DNA of 64,000 nt from a bacterium (GTDB lineage Bacteria > JAMCPX01): NCBI GenBank assembly GCA_049966275.1, contig JBMFUY010000001.1, forward strand, positions 4,780-68,779, in the 5' to 3' direction. The first letter of the stretch is position 1. Each line of letters opens with the position of its first letter. Below are positions 39,346 to 48,796 of this stretch, one piece after another. Below the pieces are notes generated by a model. The model was not told the DNA's origin. It saw only the letters and a list, made by a program, of their open reading frames with translations, and ran no database searches. A program made the translations under genes and the position numbers.

Positions 39346-40452
39346 TTAAAACCTCCTGTAAACTGCGTACTTTAACGCCCTGTTTCTATAATCTCTGTAA
39401 CTAACATGCGCATTGTTATTGTCATCAAGCTTTAGAGAAGAGTATAAACCTACAATGCCTTCACCATCTATAATGTCAATGTTAAAACCAACGCCGTTGT
39501 ACCATGCGTACTTAAGATCACCATTCACCCCGTCAAAGTATGTTATATGAGGGTAACCATATGTATCAAGTGCAATTGATGTGTCTGTTCCAACTCCATA
39601 ATCCGGATCAGCAATATTTATATCCCATTGCTTAAGGTTTGCATCATACCATGCACATTTCAATTGTTCGTTTGTAGCATCGTAATAGCTTATAAATGGT
39701 GTGCCATCTTCTCTAATAGCGAGTGATGCATACCTGCCGGCATCATCACCACTTCCACCATCAACAGTGGTTATTGACCATCCAGAACCTGTAAAATGTG
39801 CATATTTTAACGCACCATTGGATGCATCATAATACGCAATGGCAGGGTTATCAGATGGATCGAGCGCAAGAGAACTGTATAATCCCACCTCACCTAAAAA
39901 GTCTACTGTGGTAATGTTAAAGCCTGTGCTTGTGCCTGTGGCAAGCTTTAAATTGCCATTTGTAAAATCGTAATAACTTATAATGGGCTCATCATTCTTG
40001 TTTATTGCAAGAGAAGCAAAACCACCTACATTTGCGTATGAGTTATCAACAACTGTAATATTGAATCCAGTGTTTGTTTCTTTCGCAAGTTTTAAATGCC
40101 CATTGGTATTGTCATAATAGGCAATGACCGGGTTACCGTTTCTATCAAGTGCAAGGGAAGAGAACATACCAACATTATTCCCATTTCCACCATCAACCTT
40201 TGTAATAACCCATGCATTGTTTGCAGTGGACCAATGTGCAAGTAGTAAACTTCCGTGTGTAACATCATAGTAAGAGATGTATGGATTACCCGAGCTATCA
40301 AGCGCAAGAGAGGTATATTCGCCAACATCTGCACTCTTATCTACAAAACTTGTTGCAAACAAATTCTGTGTTTGTTTTAACCCTGATATATCTTTACCAC
40401 ATCCGGTAATCATAAGTATTGCTGTAATAAACAACATCAATCTTTTCATCAC
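39346..40452 (-). CDS. Lipoprotein with seven tandem ~45-aa beta-propeller-type repeats
   Basis: Lipobox ILMITGCG; seven repeats (Y/F)(S/A)SLA(L/I)D..GNP.I(S/A)YYD.TNG.LK(L/Y)A. Confidence 0.6.
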   Translation of the reverse strand: MMKRLMLFITAILMITGCGKDISGLKQTQNLFATSFVDKSADVGEYTSLALDSSGNPYISYYDVTHGSLLLAHWSTANNAWVITKVDGGNGNNVGMFSSLALDRNGNPVIAYYDNTNGHLKLAKETNTGFNITVVDNSYANVGGFASLAINKNDEPIISYYDFTNGNLKLATGTSTGFNITTVDFLGEVGLYSSLALDPSDNPAIAYYDASNGALKYAHFTGSGWSITTVDGGSGDDAGRYASLAIREDGTPFISYYDATNEQLKCAWYDANLKQWDINIADPDYGVGTDTSIALDTYGYPHITYFDGVNGDLKYAWYNGVGFNIDIIDGEGIVGLYSSLKLDDNNNAHVSYRDYRNRALKYAVYRRF

Positions 40453-41906
40453 TGCCCCTTTATGATCTTGAATTCAACCCTTCTGTTTTTAGCTCTGCCT
40501 GCTGGAGTGTTGTTGGAAGCAATAGGGAATTCTTCACCAAAACCAATTGCTGTAAGCCTGTCAGATGATATGCCATGCTGGATCAAATAATCCATAACTG
40601 ATTCAGCCCTTTTCTGTGATAAGGTTTTGTTGTATGCAGGTGAACCTATATTGTCTGTATAACCCTCTATCCTGACATGGATTTCAGGATTGTATTTAAG
40701 CAAGGTTACAACATCATCAAGTATAGGATATGACGCAGGCACAATAACAGCGCTACCTAATTTGAAATGTATTGCACGGGTTATTTCTATCTTCATACCA
40801 AGCTTATTGATATACGCATACCTGAGATGCGTTTTGTAAAATGGAGCTGGTTTTGGCGATGGAGGAGGCGGTGGTGGGGCCTGGGTCTGAGCCTGCTGGT
40901 TTAATGTGGGGTGTTGTACAGGAGCAGGTGCTGGAGCTGCTGTTGCTGGCTTTACCATTGTGTATTCCCTTACAACTGTAGGTTTGCAGGAAATGATCTT
41001 ATATCCTATTTCAACATATACACTCCATGGTACATACGGATACGCAGTTGTGGTTGAGATATCTGAGAGGCTTTTTTCTAAACCAATATCAAAACCTGCA
41101 AGCGCATATATCCTGTTGGGAAAGATCAATTTAATACCTGGTGTAATATAGAATGGATTTTGCATGAACGATGGATTTCCGAGTGATGGTAGGCTTGCTT
41201 TGTAATAGCTATATTGTGAAGCTTGCTCAGTGTATACTTCAATAAATGGATGCAGAAGATTGTTTAAAGCAACGCCTTCCAATGACAGATCCCCTATAAG
41301 CCTATTGTCCCCCCTTACCCCAAGTCCATAAAGCCCTGTTATATTGTACTCGTATGGGTTATCCAGTAGATTTATGGAGTTATCTAAGTAATAACCAAGG
41401 TTTAGATGAAATATTAATGGTGTAAACCTTGAAACATCCGTTAGGTTAAAAGAAAAAAGTAACAATCCAAGATAGCTTGTTGCAGATGTATTAAAGCCTA
41501 AACCACTTGCAGAGGATAGCAATCTTGGTTGAACAAGCGCGCCTAAACTAAACCATTTTTTCAGATCATAACCGTACTTAACCGTTAGCCATATATCTCC
41601 ATTATCATGGTATGCTGTGCTGTTTAAAACAAACGTGTTCTGATAAAGGGTTATGCCAAGGTCCAGACCTTTAACAATGGAGGCATAACCAAAATCAAGG
41701 TGCCCATTCAAATTTTGATAGGTGTTAGAAGCTCCGAGTAGATTTGAGGTATTAGCATAGCCAAGCCCTGCAGATTCGTAAAATCCGGATTGTGATACTG
41801 ATGCTGATGTTGCATGTTCAAGCCCTGATTGTCCGATCAGATCTGCATGCGCATTAACCGAATATAGAAACAAAGATATTATCCAGCACAAAATTATCTT
41901 TCTCAT
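40449..41906 (-). CDS. Outer-membrane OmpA-family protein: N-terminal beta-barrel-like domain, Pro-rich linker, C-terminal OmpA peptidoglycan-binding domain
   Basis: Likely start at the internal Met (MRKIILCWIISLFLYSVNAHA signal peptide; the track ORF runs to 42008). Linker PAPAPVQHPTLNQQAQTQAPPPPPPSPKPAP. OmpA motif …EGYTDNIGSPAYNKTLSQKRAESV…RRVEFKI. Confidence 0.7.
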   Translation of the reverse strand: MRKIILCWIISLFLYSVNAHADLIGQSGLEHATSASVSQSGFYESAGLGYANTSNLLGASNTYQNLNGHLDFGYASIVKGLDLGITLYQNTFVLNSTAYHDNGDIWLTVKYGYDLKKWFSLGALVQPRLLSSASGLGFNTSATSYLGLLLFSFNLTDVSRFTPLIFHLNLGYYLDNSINLLDNPYEYNITGLYGLGVRGDNRLIGDLSLEGVALNNLLHPFIEVYTEQASQYSYYKASLPSLGNPSFMQNPFYITPGIKLIFPNRIYALAGFDIGLEKSLSDISTTTAYPYVPWSVYVEIGYKIISCKPTVVREYTMVKPATAAPAPAPVQHPTLNQQAQTQAPPPPPPSPKPAPFYKTHLRYAYINKLGMKIEITRAIHFKLGSAVIVPASYPILDDVVTLLKYNPEIHVRIEGYTDNIGSPAYNKTLSQKRAESVMDYLIQHGISSDRLTAIGFGEEFPIASNNTPAGRAKNRRVEFKIIKGQ

Positions 41907-41919
41907 CTGTTTTTTTCTC

Positions 41920-44238
41920 TTAATCTTCTGTTTTCTCTTTTCTGGTACACAGATATAGAAACAACAAAACAATAAACAATGACAATACAAAGTTAAACAT
42001 TGAACCATTTGTTGTATTGAAAGGTACTGTCCCGCATCCGCCTGTTACACTTGCAGTAACCGTATAATTTATTCCTACAACAGATGAGGTGTTGCCTGCT
42101 TCATCAATAGCCTTTACATAAAGGGTATGATTGCCCACAGGACTGTTCCCAACATCAATGGTATACTCACCAGGCTCAAGTGTAGTAAAAGATGTTTGAT
42201 TGTCAATTGCGTACATCAACCTTGCCTGGGTTACTGCATCTGTAACATTGAATGTAAAATATGGATAATCTGCCTTTGATAAGGTTAATTCCGGGGGCAC
42301 TGTATCCACAGTGAATACAGTTGTATCACCTGTAACTGTTAAGCCTGTTTGCGCATCCCTTATTCTGACCTGAAGTGAATGTTCTCCATCCATCAGGTTA
42401 TCAAGTCTTATCGTTGTATCTGTTGACCATAGTGACCATCCCTGCCATACAGGACCCAAAACAGATTGATCAGAGATTCTCCAGGATATTTCTGCATGCT
42501 CTGGTAAAGCTGTGTTAAGTTTAAACACAACACCTGATCGCGTATTGATAATAGGTTTCATACCATCATTAAGTGACATGATGCTTAATGACCCGGTTGA
42601 AGGGTTGTTGTATGATAGAAATCCAATATGAGGCATTGAGAGGGTGGATAGATTGAGCAGGTTCATAAATCCTGTGACATTAAGGTATACGTTTAGATAA
42701 CCGCCTGATGGCACAATATCCTTTACAAGTACTGTTACGCCACTGAATGTAAATGCAGAACTTATGGTAGGTAAGGCTGTGCCAATAAAGCTTGTTGCAA
42801 GGCTCAAGCCCATCTGGATCACGCTGTTAACATTGGATGGTTTTGTAAGTTCAGAGGCAAGTATAACATCATTTATTTTTATGCCACCCGGGGTACTATC
42901 TATCGCAACAACTATCATTGGATTCCCATTTTGATCAAGTTTGTTTTGATCAAGGTAGACCTCTGCTTTTATAGAAACATTGGCACTTAATACAAAGGCA
43001 TCTGTATACTGTGTGTTGTAGGCTGCACTTGCATCAGGATATGTTTGAGCCTCATCAACCCCTAATAACCCTTCAATAATGATGCCATTGAGCGTTACAG
43101 TATCCCACATATTCTGTGGTGAACCAAGTGTTAGCACCGGTGGCTGTGTAGGTATGATCTTTAAAACGAGTGTTCCGGTACTTGGCAGTTCAGGGATTAA
43201 ACCTTTTAATAACCCAACTGGAAGTGGCGGTGTGGTTATGCACATCATACCGCTTAAGTAAACAGCATACAATGCTTGATTGATCAGATCCTGTGACACA
43301 CCAAAACCAAGCATCACATCTGTTCTGGCTGTGTCAATGGTTGGAGCTGATATGGTTGGTGTAGGTGGAGAGGCTATTGGTAATGGCAGGCATGGCGCGG
43401 GCTCTGTTGCAGGTCCAACCCCTCCATCAAGACTTATATCAGCTGCATTGTTTGTAATATTCAAAGCCTGGTAAAATAAAGATGGCCTGATTTGATATGA
43501 AACAGGTGGATATGTTCCATGAAGATATAGATTGATATTGATACTGCTCAACATCTGGTTTATTTGAGGGATCAGCATAGAATTTATGGCTGAATTAATA
43601 GCGGATGTTATAGAACTCTGTATAAGCGACCATATCGCATCCCATGCCCCTTGGGGAATAGTAATGCCACATACTGTTGGAGGGGATGGCTCTGGTATTG
43701 GTTGTACATTCACACTTGGTGTTCCCACAAGTTTTAACCGTAAATAATGCCCATCTATATAAGGCTCTACGTTTATATTGGCTGATGCATCAGCATTTAG
43801 ATTTGATATGCTAAACCCGCATGTGGTACATAGCCCCAAAGCTACTGCATGCACAACCCCATTAACCTGATTGATATATGCGTGTATATCATTCACAACC
43901 AATGAAATGCTTTGCGTTGCACCGTTCCATGCAAGATTTAGGTTTGGTTGATTGTTGTATTGTCCTGGAATAGTTATCTGAACATTAAATGGATAGATAC
44001 CATAACTAAAGCCAGAAAACCCCCCTGGACAACCAGGGTCAGGTATGCCTGAAAACGGATAGTTCACAGTTAATCCTGTAAAATTCTGAGAGATATAGTT
44101 TAATAGTGCCTGGTATGCGACAATATTGACTGCATTCGGTTCCCACAAAGGTGGTGTTTGTGTATCCGCAACCCCCTTACCACACAAGGAAAAGCTTATT
44201 AAAAATAATCCTATAAAAAGGATAAATAACCTTTTCAT
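41920..44238 (-). CDS. Large secreted cell-surface protein with Ig-like C-terminal domains and a C-terminal sorting-signal-like tail
   Basis: 772 aa; signal peptide MKRLFILFIGLFLISFSLC. C-terminus …TASVTGGCGTVPFNTTNGSMFNFVLSLFIVLLFLYLCTRKEKTED has Gly/Cys motif, TM helix and basic cluster; Big-like VDTVPPELTL. Confidence 0.6.
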   Translation of the reverse strand: MKRLFILFIGLFLISFSLCGKGVADTQTPPLWEPNAVNIVAYQALLNYISQNFTGLTVNYPFSGIPDPGCPGGFSGFSYGIYPFNVQITIPGQYNNQPNLNLAWNGATQSISLVVNDIHAYINQVNGVVHAVALGLCTTCGFSISNLNADASANINVEPYIDGHYLRLKLVGTPSVNVQPIPEPSPPTVCGITIPQGAWDAIWSLIQSSITSAINSAINSMLIPQINQMLSSININLYLHGTYPPVSYQIRPSLFYQALNITNNAADISLDGGVGPATEPAPCLPLPIASPPTPTISAPTIDTARTDVMLGFGVSQDLINQALYAVYLSGMMCITTPPLPVGLLKGLIPELPSTGTLVLKIIPTQPPVLTLGSPQNMWDTVTLNGIIIEGLLGVDEAQTYPDASAAYNTQYTDAFVLSANVSIKAEVYLDQNKLDQNGNPMIVVAIDSTPGGIKINDVILASELTKPSNVNSVIQMGLSLATSFIGTALPTISSAFTFSGVTVLVKDIVPSGGYLNVYLNVTGFMNLLNLSTLSMPHIGFLSYNNPSTGSLSIMSLNDGMKPIINTRSGVVFKLNTALPEHAEISWRISDQSVLGPVWQGWSLWSTDTTIRLDNLMDGEHSLQVRIRDAQTGLTVTGDTTVFTVDTVPPELTLSKADYPYFTFNVTDAVTQARLMYAIDNQTSFTTLEPGEYTIDVGNSPVGNHTLYVKAIDEAGNTSSVVGINYTVTASVTGGCGTVPFNTTNGSMFNFVLSLFIVLLFLYLCTRKEKTED

Positions 44239-44320
44239 TATTTAAGGCTTAACCCATGATATTCAAAAAGTCAAGCGCACGCATCGAGTCTTGTCTTTTA
44301 AACTTGAAAAGTGCACTTCT

Positions 44321-44589
44321 TTAACCCCCAAAAAATGTAATGAGGAAATTTCTTTATTCACCCGGGGTACCCATGCAGAGCATGGATCGTGCGATCCAAT
44401 CGATAGCTATATGTTTCCTTATAGAAACGAGGTTTTAGTCCTTTGTATGTTTATATGCAATCACATTCCGTTCTTTTTTTCTAATATTCGAAGAATACCT
44501 ATATTTGACGCGTGACCCTTCCCTTCGGGTGGATACCCCATCACTCATTACACAAACTTCCCTATTTCGCAAATGCATTTTGGGGTTAA
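44321..44589 (+). mobile_element. MITE-like element, long (269-bp) form, copy 4, with a degenerate left terminus
   Basis: TTAACCCCCAAAAAATG…GCAAATGCATTTTGGGGTTAA; the internal ~170-bp module is shared with copies 1 and 2. The terminal TTAA supplies the stop codon of the adjacent minus-strand gene. Confidence 0.75.
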
Positions 44590-45248
44590 TGTTTGCCTGC
44601 CTCATTTACCCATTTCTGGATCGCATTGGTGTATACAAGTGCTGATGATGTTGAGATCGCTGTGTTGAGTATGGGTTGTTTTTCAAGCATGTATCTAATC
44701 AAGAAACTAAGTGAGCTTATATCAGTGTATACCCTGTAGAAACCAATGGTCTTTTTGCCATTATCTACAGGCAGGAATTTCCATGATCCTTCTACAGTTT
44801 TAAGATTACCAGCAACCCTTGTCCATGTAATACTGTCCGGAGGATTTAAAACATGTTTCAGTGTATAGTTTGCGTGTTCGGATAGAATAGAGAATTTAAA
44901 CTCAACTTTATAGTCTACGATCAGTACATTACCATTTTTCTGGACGACCTTTACACTTGTGGTTTGTGGTATATGCTTTGCATAATCATTGTAGTCTGAG
45001 ACTATAGAAAAAACCTCGTTTATGGGCGCATTGAACAATGTTATAACAGTAACAAACTGAGGCTTTCCAGGCACTTCTTTATCAATAGATACGAGCTGTT
45101 CATCCTTCAGAATACTTCCAAACAGGTTGGGCGATGTTAATGCCAGCTGCTCAAGGGCTGACATTTGCTGGGCATTTGTTATTCCCGGGAGCAATAAAAG
45201 AAATGTGATTGTTAAAATCACGTAAGCCATTTTGTGTTTGATAAGCAT
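44586..45248 (-). CDS. Secreted hypothetical protein, possibly SRPBCC/START-like fold
   Basis: 220 aa with signal peptide (MAYVILTITFLLLLPGITNA). The fold assignment is weak. Confidence 0.45.
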   Translation of the reverse strand: MLIKHKMAYVILTITFLLLLPGITNAQQMSALEQLALTSPNLFGSILKDEQLVSIDKEVPGKPQFVTVITLFNAPINEVFSIVSDYNDYAKHIPQTTSVKVVQKNGNVLIVDYKVEFKFSILSEHANYTLKHVLNPPDSITWTRVAGNLKTVEGSWKFLPVDNGKKTIGFYRVYTDISSLSFLIRYMLEKQPILNTAISTSSALVYTNAIQKWVNEAGKH

Positions 45249-45344
45249 ATTTACCCCCTTTGTATTTTTGTAGGGGCAACAAACCCTGCTGCCCCTTGAT
45301 GAATTTTACATTCATAACAAAACATCTGTACTCTTAAAAGGGGG

Positions 45345-45794
45345 TTATATTAACTGGAAATGGGATAGATCCGCTAATACCCCATGGGTCTCTTCCTTCC
45401 ACACCACCTTTACCCGCATACCCTCTTTCACGCTTTTCCAGTCTGTCCAGCCTTCAAGTATACCCATTAGATAAGAATCAGAACCGTCAAGTTTTACAGT
45501 GCATGTAATGTAAGGATGTTCAACTGGATTACCCCTGACATCAGAAAGGTTAACTGTAAAGGCATCCAGTACACCTTCCTGTTTAACCTCAACAACCTCA
45601 TCTATGTCTATAAAACATTTTCTGCAGTACGTTGGTCCTGGGACGTACACAGTCCCACACTTTGGACATTTTCTACCGAGTATCTTTTTATCCTTCAGCC
45701 CTTTTACAAATAAACTCAATGCATCTGATTCGATCTTCCATTGATACGTTGTTAGGTCCCATAAACTCTCTATTACTTTTGTTTCCTGAGTCAT
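45345..45794 (-). CDS. DUF35 family Zn-ribbon/OB-fold protein (thiolase-associated subunit)
   Basis: 149 aa; C-x2-C…C-x2-C zinc ribbon (CPKCGTVYVPGPTYCRKC) followed by OB-fold region. Confidence 0.8.
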   Translation of the reverse strand: MTQETKVIESLWDLTTYQWKIESDALSLFVKGLKDKKILGRKCPKCGTVYVPGPTYCRKCFIDIDEVVEVKQEGVLDAFTVNLSDVRGNPVEHPYITCTVKLDGSDSYLMGILEGWTDWKSVKEGMRVKVVWKEETHGVLADLSHFQLI

Positions 45795-45802
45795 AACACC
45801 TC

Positions 45803-47050
45803 CTATCTTTTTACTGGTGTCCTACCAAGGACTGTAACAGTAACAAACTGGAATAATCCACCCCAGCCATGGGCTAATGCATTTTCCACCTTTCCTGGTA
45901 CCTGATGCCCTCCTTCTGCAAGCCCCATAACCTGTAAAGCAGCCTCTCCAACCCTTACCATTGCAGATGCTCCTATTGCATTTGTGCTCGTTACACCACC
46001 TGATGGATTGATAGGCATTTCTCCATCTATTGCAAATGCCCCTTTATCAAGCATCTCCGGGGATTTTCCTTCATCAACCAGACCAAGCCTTTCGGGCCAC
46101 ATAAGATCCTGATGTGAGAAACCAGAGTAAACCTCAGCCACCTGGATCTCTTTTTTAGGATTTTTAATGCCTGCCATTGCATACACCTTGTTTGCAACGA
46201 CCTTACATATGTATTGTTCTGCCGGGTCAGTGATCTGTCCCTCAATAATATTACCGGTCGTTGCATCTGATGTTCCAGAACCAAGTCCTTTAACCCATGC
46301 CACCCTATCTGTTATACCAAACTTCTTTGCCTTTTCTTCTGAAACAAGGATCATGGCTATTGCACCACATGATGTTGGACACGTATGCCCATACCTTAAT
46401 GGATAGGAGATAATTGGTGTTTTCGCTATGTCTGCTTCTGTGCAACCTGGCTGTTGAAGATGTGCATAGGGATTTTTTGCTGCATTGGATCGCATGAGTG
46501 CTGCTATTCTGTCTATGTGTTCTATGCCTGCGTTTGCCTTTGTGAGATATGACATGGCTTGAAATGCAGCTCCACCTGTTGAACCACCCCCTCCAAGTCC
46601 TGCTATGCCACGTTCACTGCTCATATCAGGTCCAAAGTTGAACATAGAAAATGCCTCAGGTAACAATATTCCCATTAATCCCACCTGTGCATCGCCTTCA
46701 TCGTGCTTCTCCCATCCTATTGCCATGACTACATCGTACAAGCCAGATGCTACATGATAGTACGCTGCCTGAAATACAGAGGCCCCGGTTGTACCACCTG
46801 TTGCGATCCTCATTACAGGCTTTTTTGAACCTCCAAAATGATCGCTTGCCCATAAATGTGGCATGTTCACACCTTCAAACGTATGCATATTCCCCACAAC
46901 ATAAGCCTCTATCTGTTCTGGCTTAAGCCTTGTTTTACTTATAGCATTGTCAACTGCGGGTTGAATTAACTCTGGAATGTTAATATCAGGTCTTTTGCTC
47001 ACAAACCTTCCATTATAACCAACACTTATAATTGCCACGTTACGCTTCAT
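45803..47050 (-). CDS. Thiolase-like protein (SCP-x / nonspecific lipid-transfer-type 3-ketoacyl-CoA thiolase family)
   Basis: 415 aa; thiolase-fold N- and C-terminal halves, …MPINPSGG… motif. Confidence 0.78.
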   Translation of the reverse strand: MKRNVAIISVGYNGRFVSKRPDINIPELIQPAVDNAISKTRLKPEQIEAYVVGNMHTFEGVNMPHLWASDHFGGSKKPVMRIATGGTTGASVFQAAYYHVASGLYDVVMAIGWEKHDEGDAQVGLMGILLPEAFSMFNFGPDMSSERGIAGLGGGGSTGGAAFQAMSYLTKANAGIEHIDRIAALMRSNAAKNPYAHLQQPGCTEADIAKTPIISYPLRYGHTCPTSCGAIAMILVSEEKAKKFGITDRVAWVKGLGSGTSDATTGNIIEGQITDPAEQYICKVVANKVYAMAGIKNPKKEIQVAEVYSGFSHQDLMWPERLGLVDEGKSPEMLDKGAFAIDGEMPINPSGGVTSTNAIGASAMVRVGEAALQVMGLAEGGHQVPGKVENALAHGWGGLFQFVTVTVLGRTPVKR

Positions 47051-47052
47051 GA

Positions 47053-48207
47053 TTACCTCCTTATAACAAATACAGTGTTTAATTGTGCACCAGGTCCATC
47101 CTGTGCATGGACAACAGCGGTTTTAGCATTCTTAACCTGATTATCCCCTGCTTCTTTTCTCAACTGTGAAGCAGCTTCAACAAGTCTTATAATACCGGTT
47201 GCATTGATTGGATTTGCCCCGAGTGCTCCCCCTGATGGGTTTATGGGCATTGAACCATCTATCCTGCTTTCACCGTTTCTGACCACATCCCTGCCTGTGC
47301 CTGGCTTAAAGAGTCCCATTGCCTCTGCAAAGATAGGTTCTTCAGAAACAAAGTTGGTATGAATTTCTGCAAGATTGATCTCTTTTTTAGGATTCTTTAT
47401 CCCTGCCATTTTGTATGCCTTTTTTGCAGCTGCTGACAGATGATCCATTGTAAGAAGGTCACGATCCCCTATATAATAGGTATCCATAAAATGCCCAACA
47501 CCATCTATCCATACCGGCTTATCTGTAAACTTCCTTGCCATCTTTTTTGATGTAAGGATAACAGCGCATGCACCATCAGCATAGGCTGAAACATGTGCCT
47601 CTCTGATAGGCATGTATAAAGGTTTTGAACTTAGAACCTTTTCAACAGATGGATTGTCTTCTTTTCTTGCTGCGAACGGATTTCTATTTGCATTCTCAAG
47701 ATTTTTTACAGTGAGCTTTGCAAGGTCTTCTTCTGTGAACCTATACTTCTTCATGTATGCATTTGCCTGCAAACCTGCAATGGAGTAATAATTTATAAGC
47801 CCTCTGGGTCTTTCATAGGCAGGATCAAGCGTGTATGATTGAATAAGTGGGACTCTGAATTCAGAGCCAGACATGCTGAAGCCAATAACAAGCGCTGTAC
47901 TGTACAATCCTGAAAGGATCCGCATGTACCCATACAACACAGCACTCAAACCATCTGACTCTACCTTTGTCTCATCCTTCATGTACGCACCTACCCGTGG
48001 AACAGTAAACACCTCTGAGATTGTTCTGCCATCAGTAAAATCATTGCTTGCCAGAATAAACGTATCTATATCATCCCTTGTAATACCAAGCTCTTCAAAC
48101 AAAGATTTCACAAGCTCGTATACCATTCTCTCTCTTGCAACAGGGCTATTAAAACTGTGTTTTGTTTGTTTATAACCAACAATGGCTACTCTTTCATTCA
48201 TAAACAC
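47053..48207 (-). CDS. Thiolase-like protein, paralogue of the preceding gene
   Basis: 384 aa; shares KNPKKEI…AE…MPINPSGG motifs with the neighbour. Confidence 0.75.
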   Translation of the reverse strand: MFMNERVAIVGYKQTKHSFNSPVARERMVYELVKSLFEELGITRDDIDTFILASNDFTDGRTISEVFTVPRVGAYMKDETKVESDGLSAVLYGYMRILSGLYSTALVIGFSMSGSEFRVPLIQSYTLDPAYERPRGLINYYSIAGLQANAYMKKYRFTEEDLAKLTVKNLENANRNPFAARKEDNPSVEKVLSSKPLYMPIREAHVSAYADGACAVILTSKKMARKFTDKPVWIDGVGHFMDTYYIGDRDLLTMDHLSAAAKKAYKMAGIKNPKKEINLAEIHTNFVSEEPIFAEAMGLFKPGTGRDVVRNGESRIDGSMPINPSGGALGANPINATGIIRLVEAASQLRKEAGDNQVKNAKTAVVHAQDGPGAQLNTVFVIRR

Positions 48208-48216
48208 CTCCGTTTT

Positions 48217-48669
48217 CTATTGCACTGCTTCAAAATATAAAAGGTCGCTGTAATCCCCCTGAGTGCTTTCTTTCCAAACTGCCTTTACCCGCATACCCGT
48301 TTTAATTGCATCAACAGAAGGGGCTTTCACAATAGCTGATATCAGGCTTGAAGCTCCTTTTAATTTTATCAAACCTATAACATAGGGTTCCTGAGCATCT
48401 TTGATCTCGCCATTAACAATATTTACATACGAGATCGTAAAATTCTTCAATGTACCTTCCTGGCTGATCTCAACCATTTTATCTATTGGCTTGTGACATG
48501 TACTGCATACTGTGCGTGGTGGTACATAAACCTTCTTGCAGGTTGGACATTTAACACCCAGGATCTTTCTTTCTTTAAGTCCTCCTATGAATTGTTCCAG
48601 AGCTTTGCCTACCCTGTTTTTGTAAACAAAAGTTATAGGCACTGTAGCCTTTACAACTTCTCCTGGCAT
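48217..48669 (-). CDS. DUF35 family Zn-ribbon/OB-fold protein (second copy)
   Basis: 150 aa; CPTCKKVYVPPRTVCSTC zinc ribbon plus OB-fold. Confidence 0.8.
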   Translation of the reverse strand: MPGEVVKATVPITFVYKNRVGKALEQFIGGLKERKILGVKCPTCKKVYVPPRTVCSTCHKPIDKMVEISQEGTLKNFTISYVNIVNGEIKDAQEPYVIGLIKLKGASSLISAIVKAPSVDAIKTGMRVKAVWKESTQGDYSDLLYFEAVQ

Positions 48670-48796
48670 ATAACCCTCCTTTCAGAAACAGACTATACAG
48701 AAATTAAATGCTCATTGCAAGCATTTTGATTATTCAATCAATTGATGTGGGTCTATTATCTTGAAAACTTTTAAATGTATGCTTTTATAGATCATT

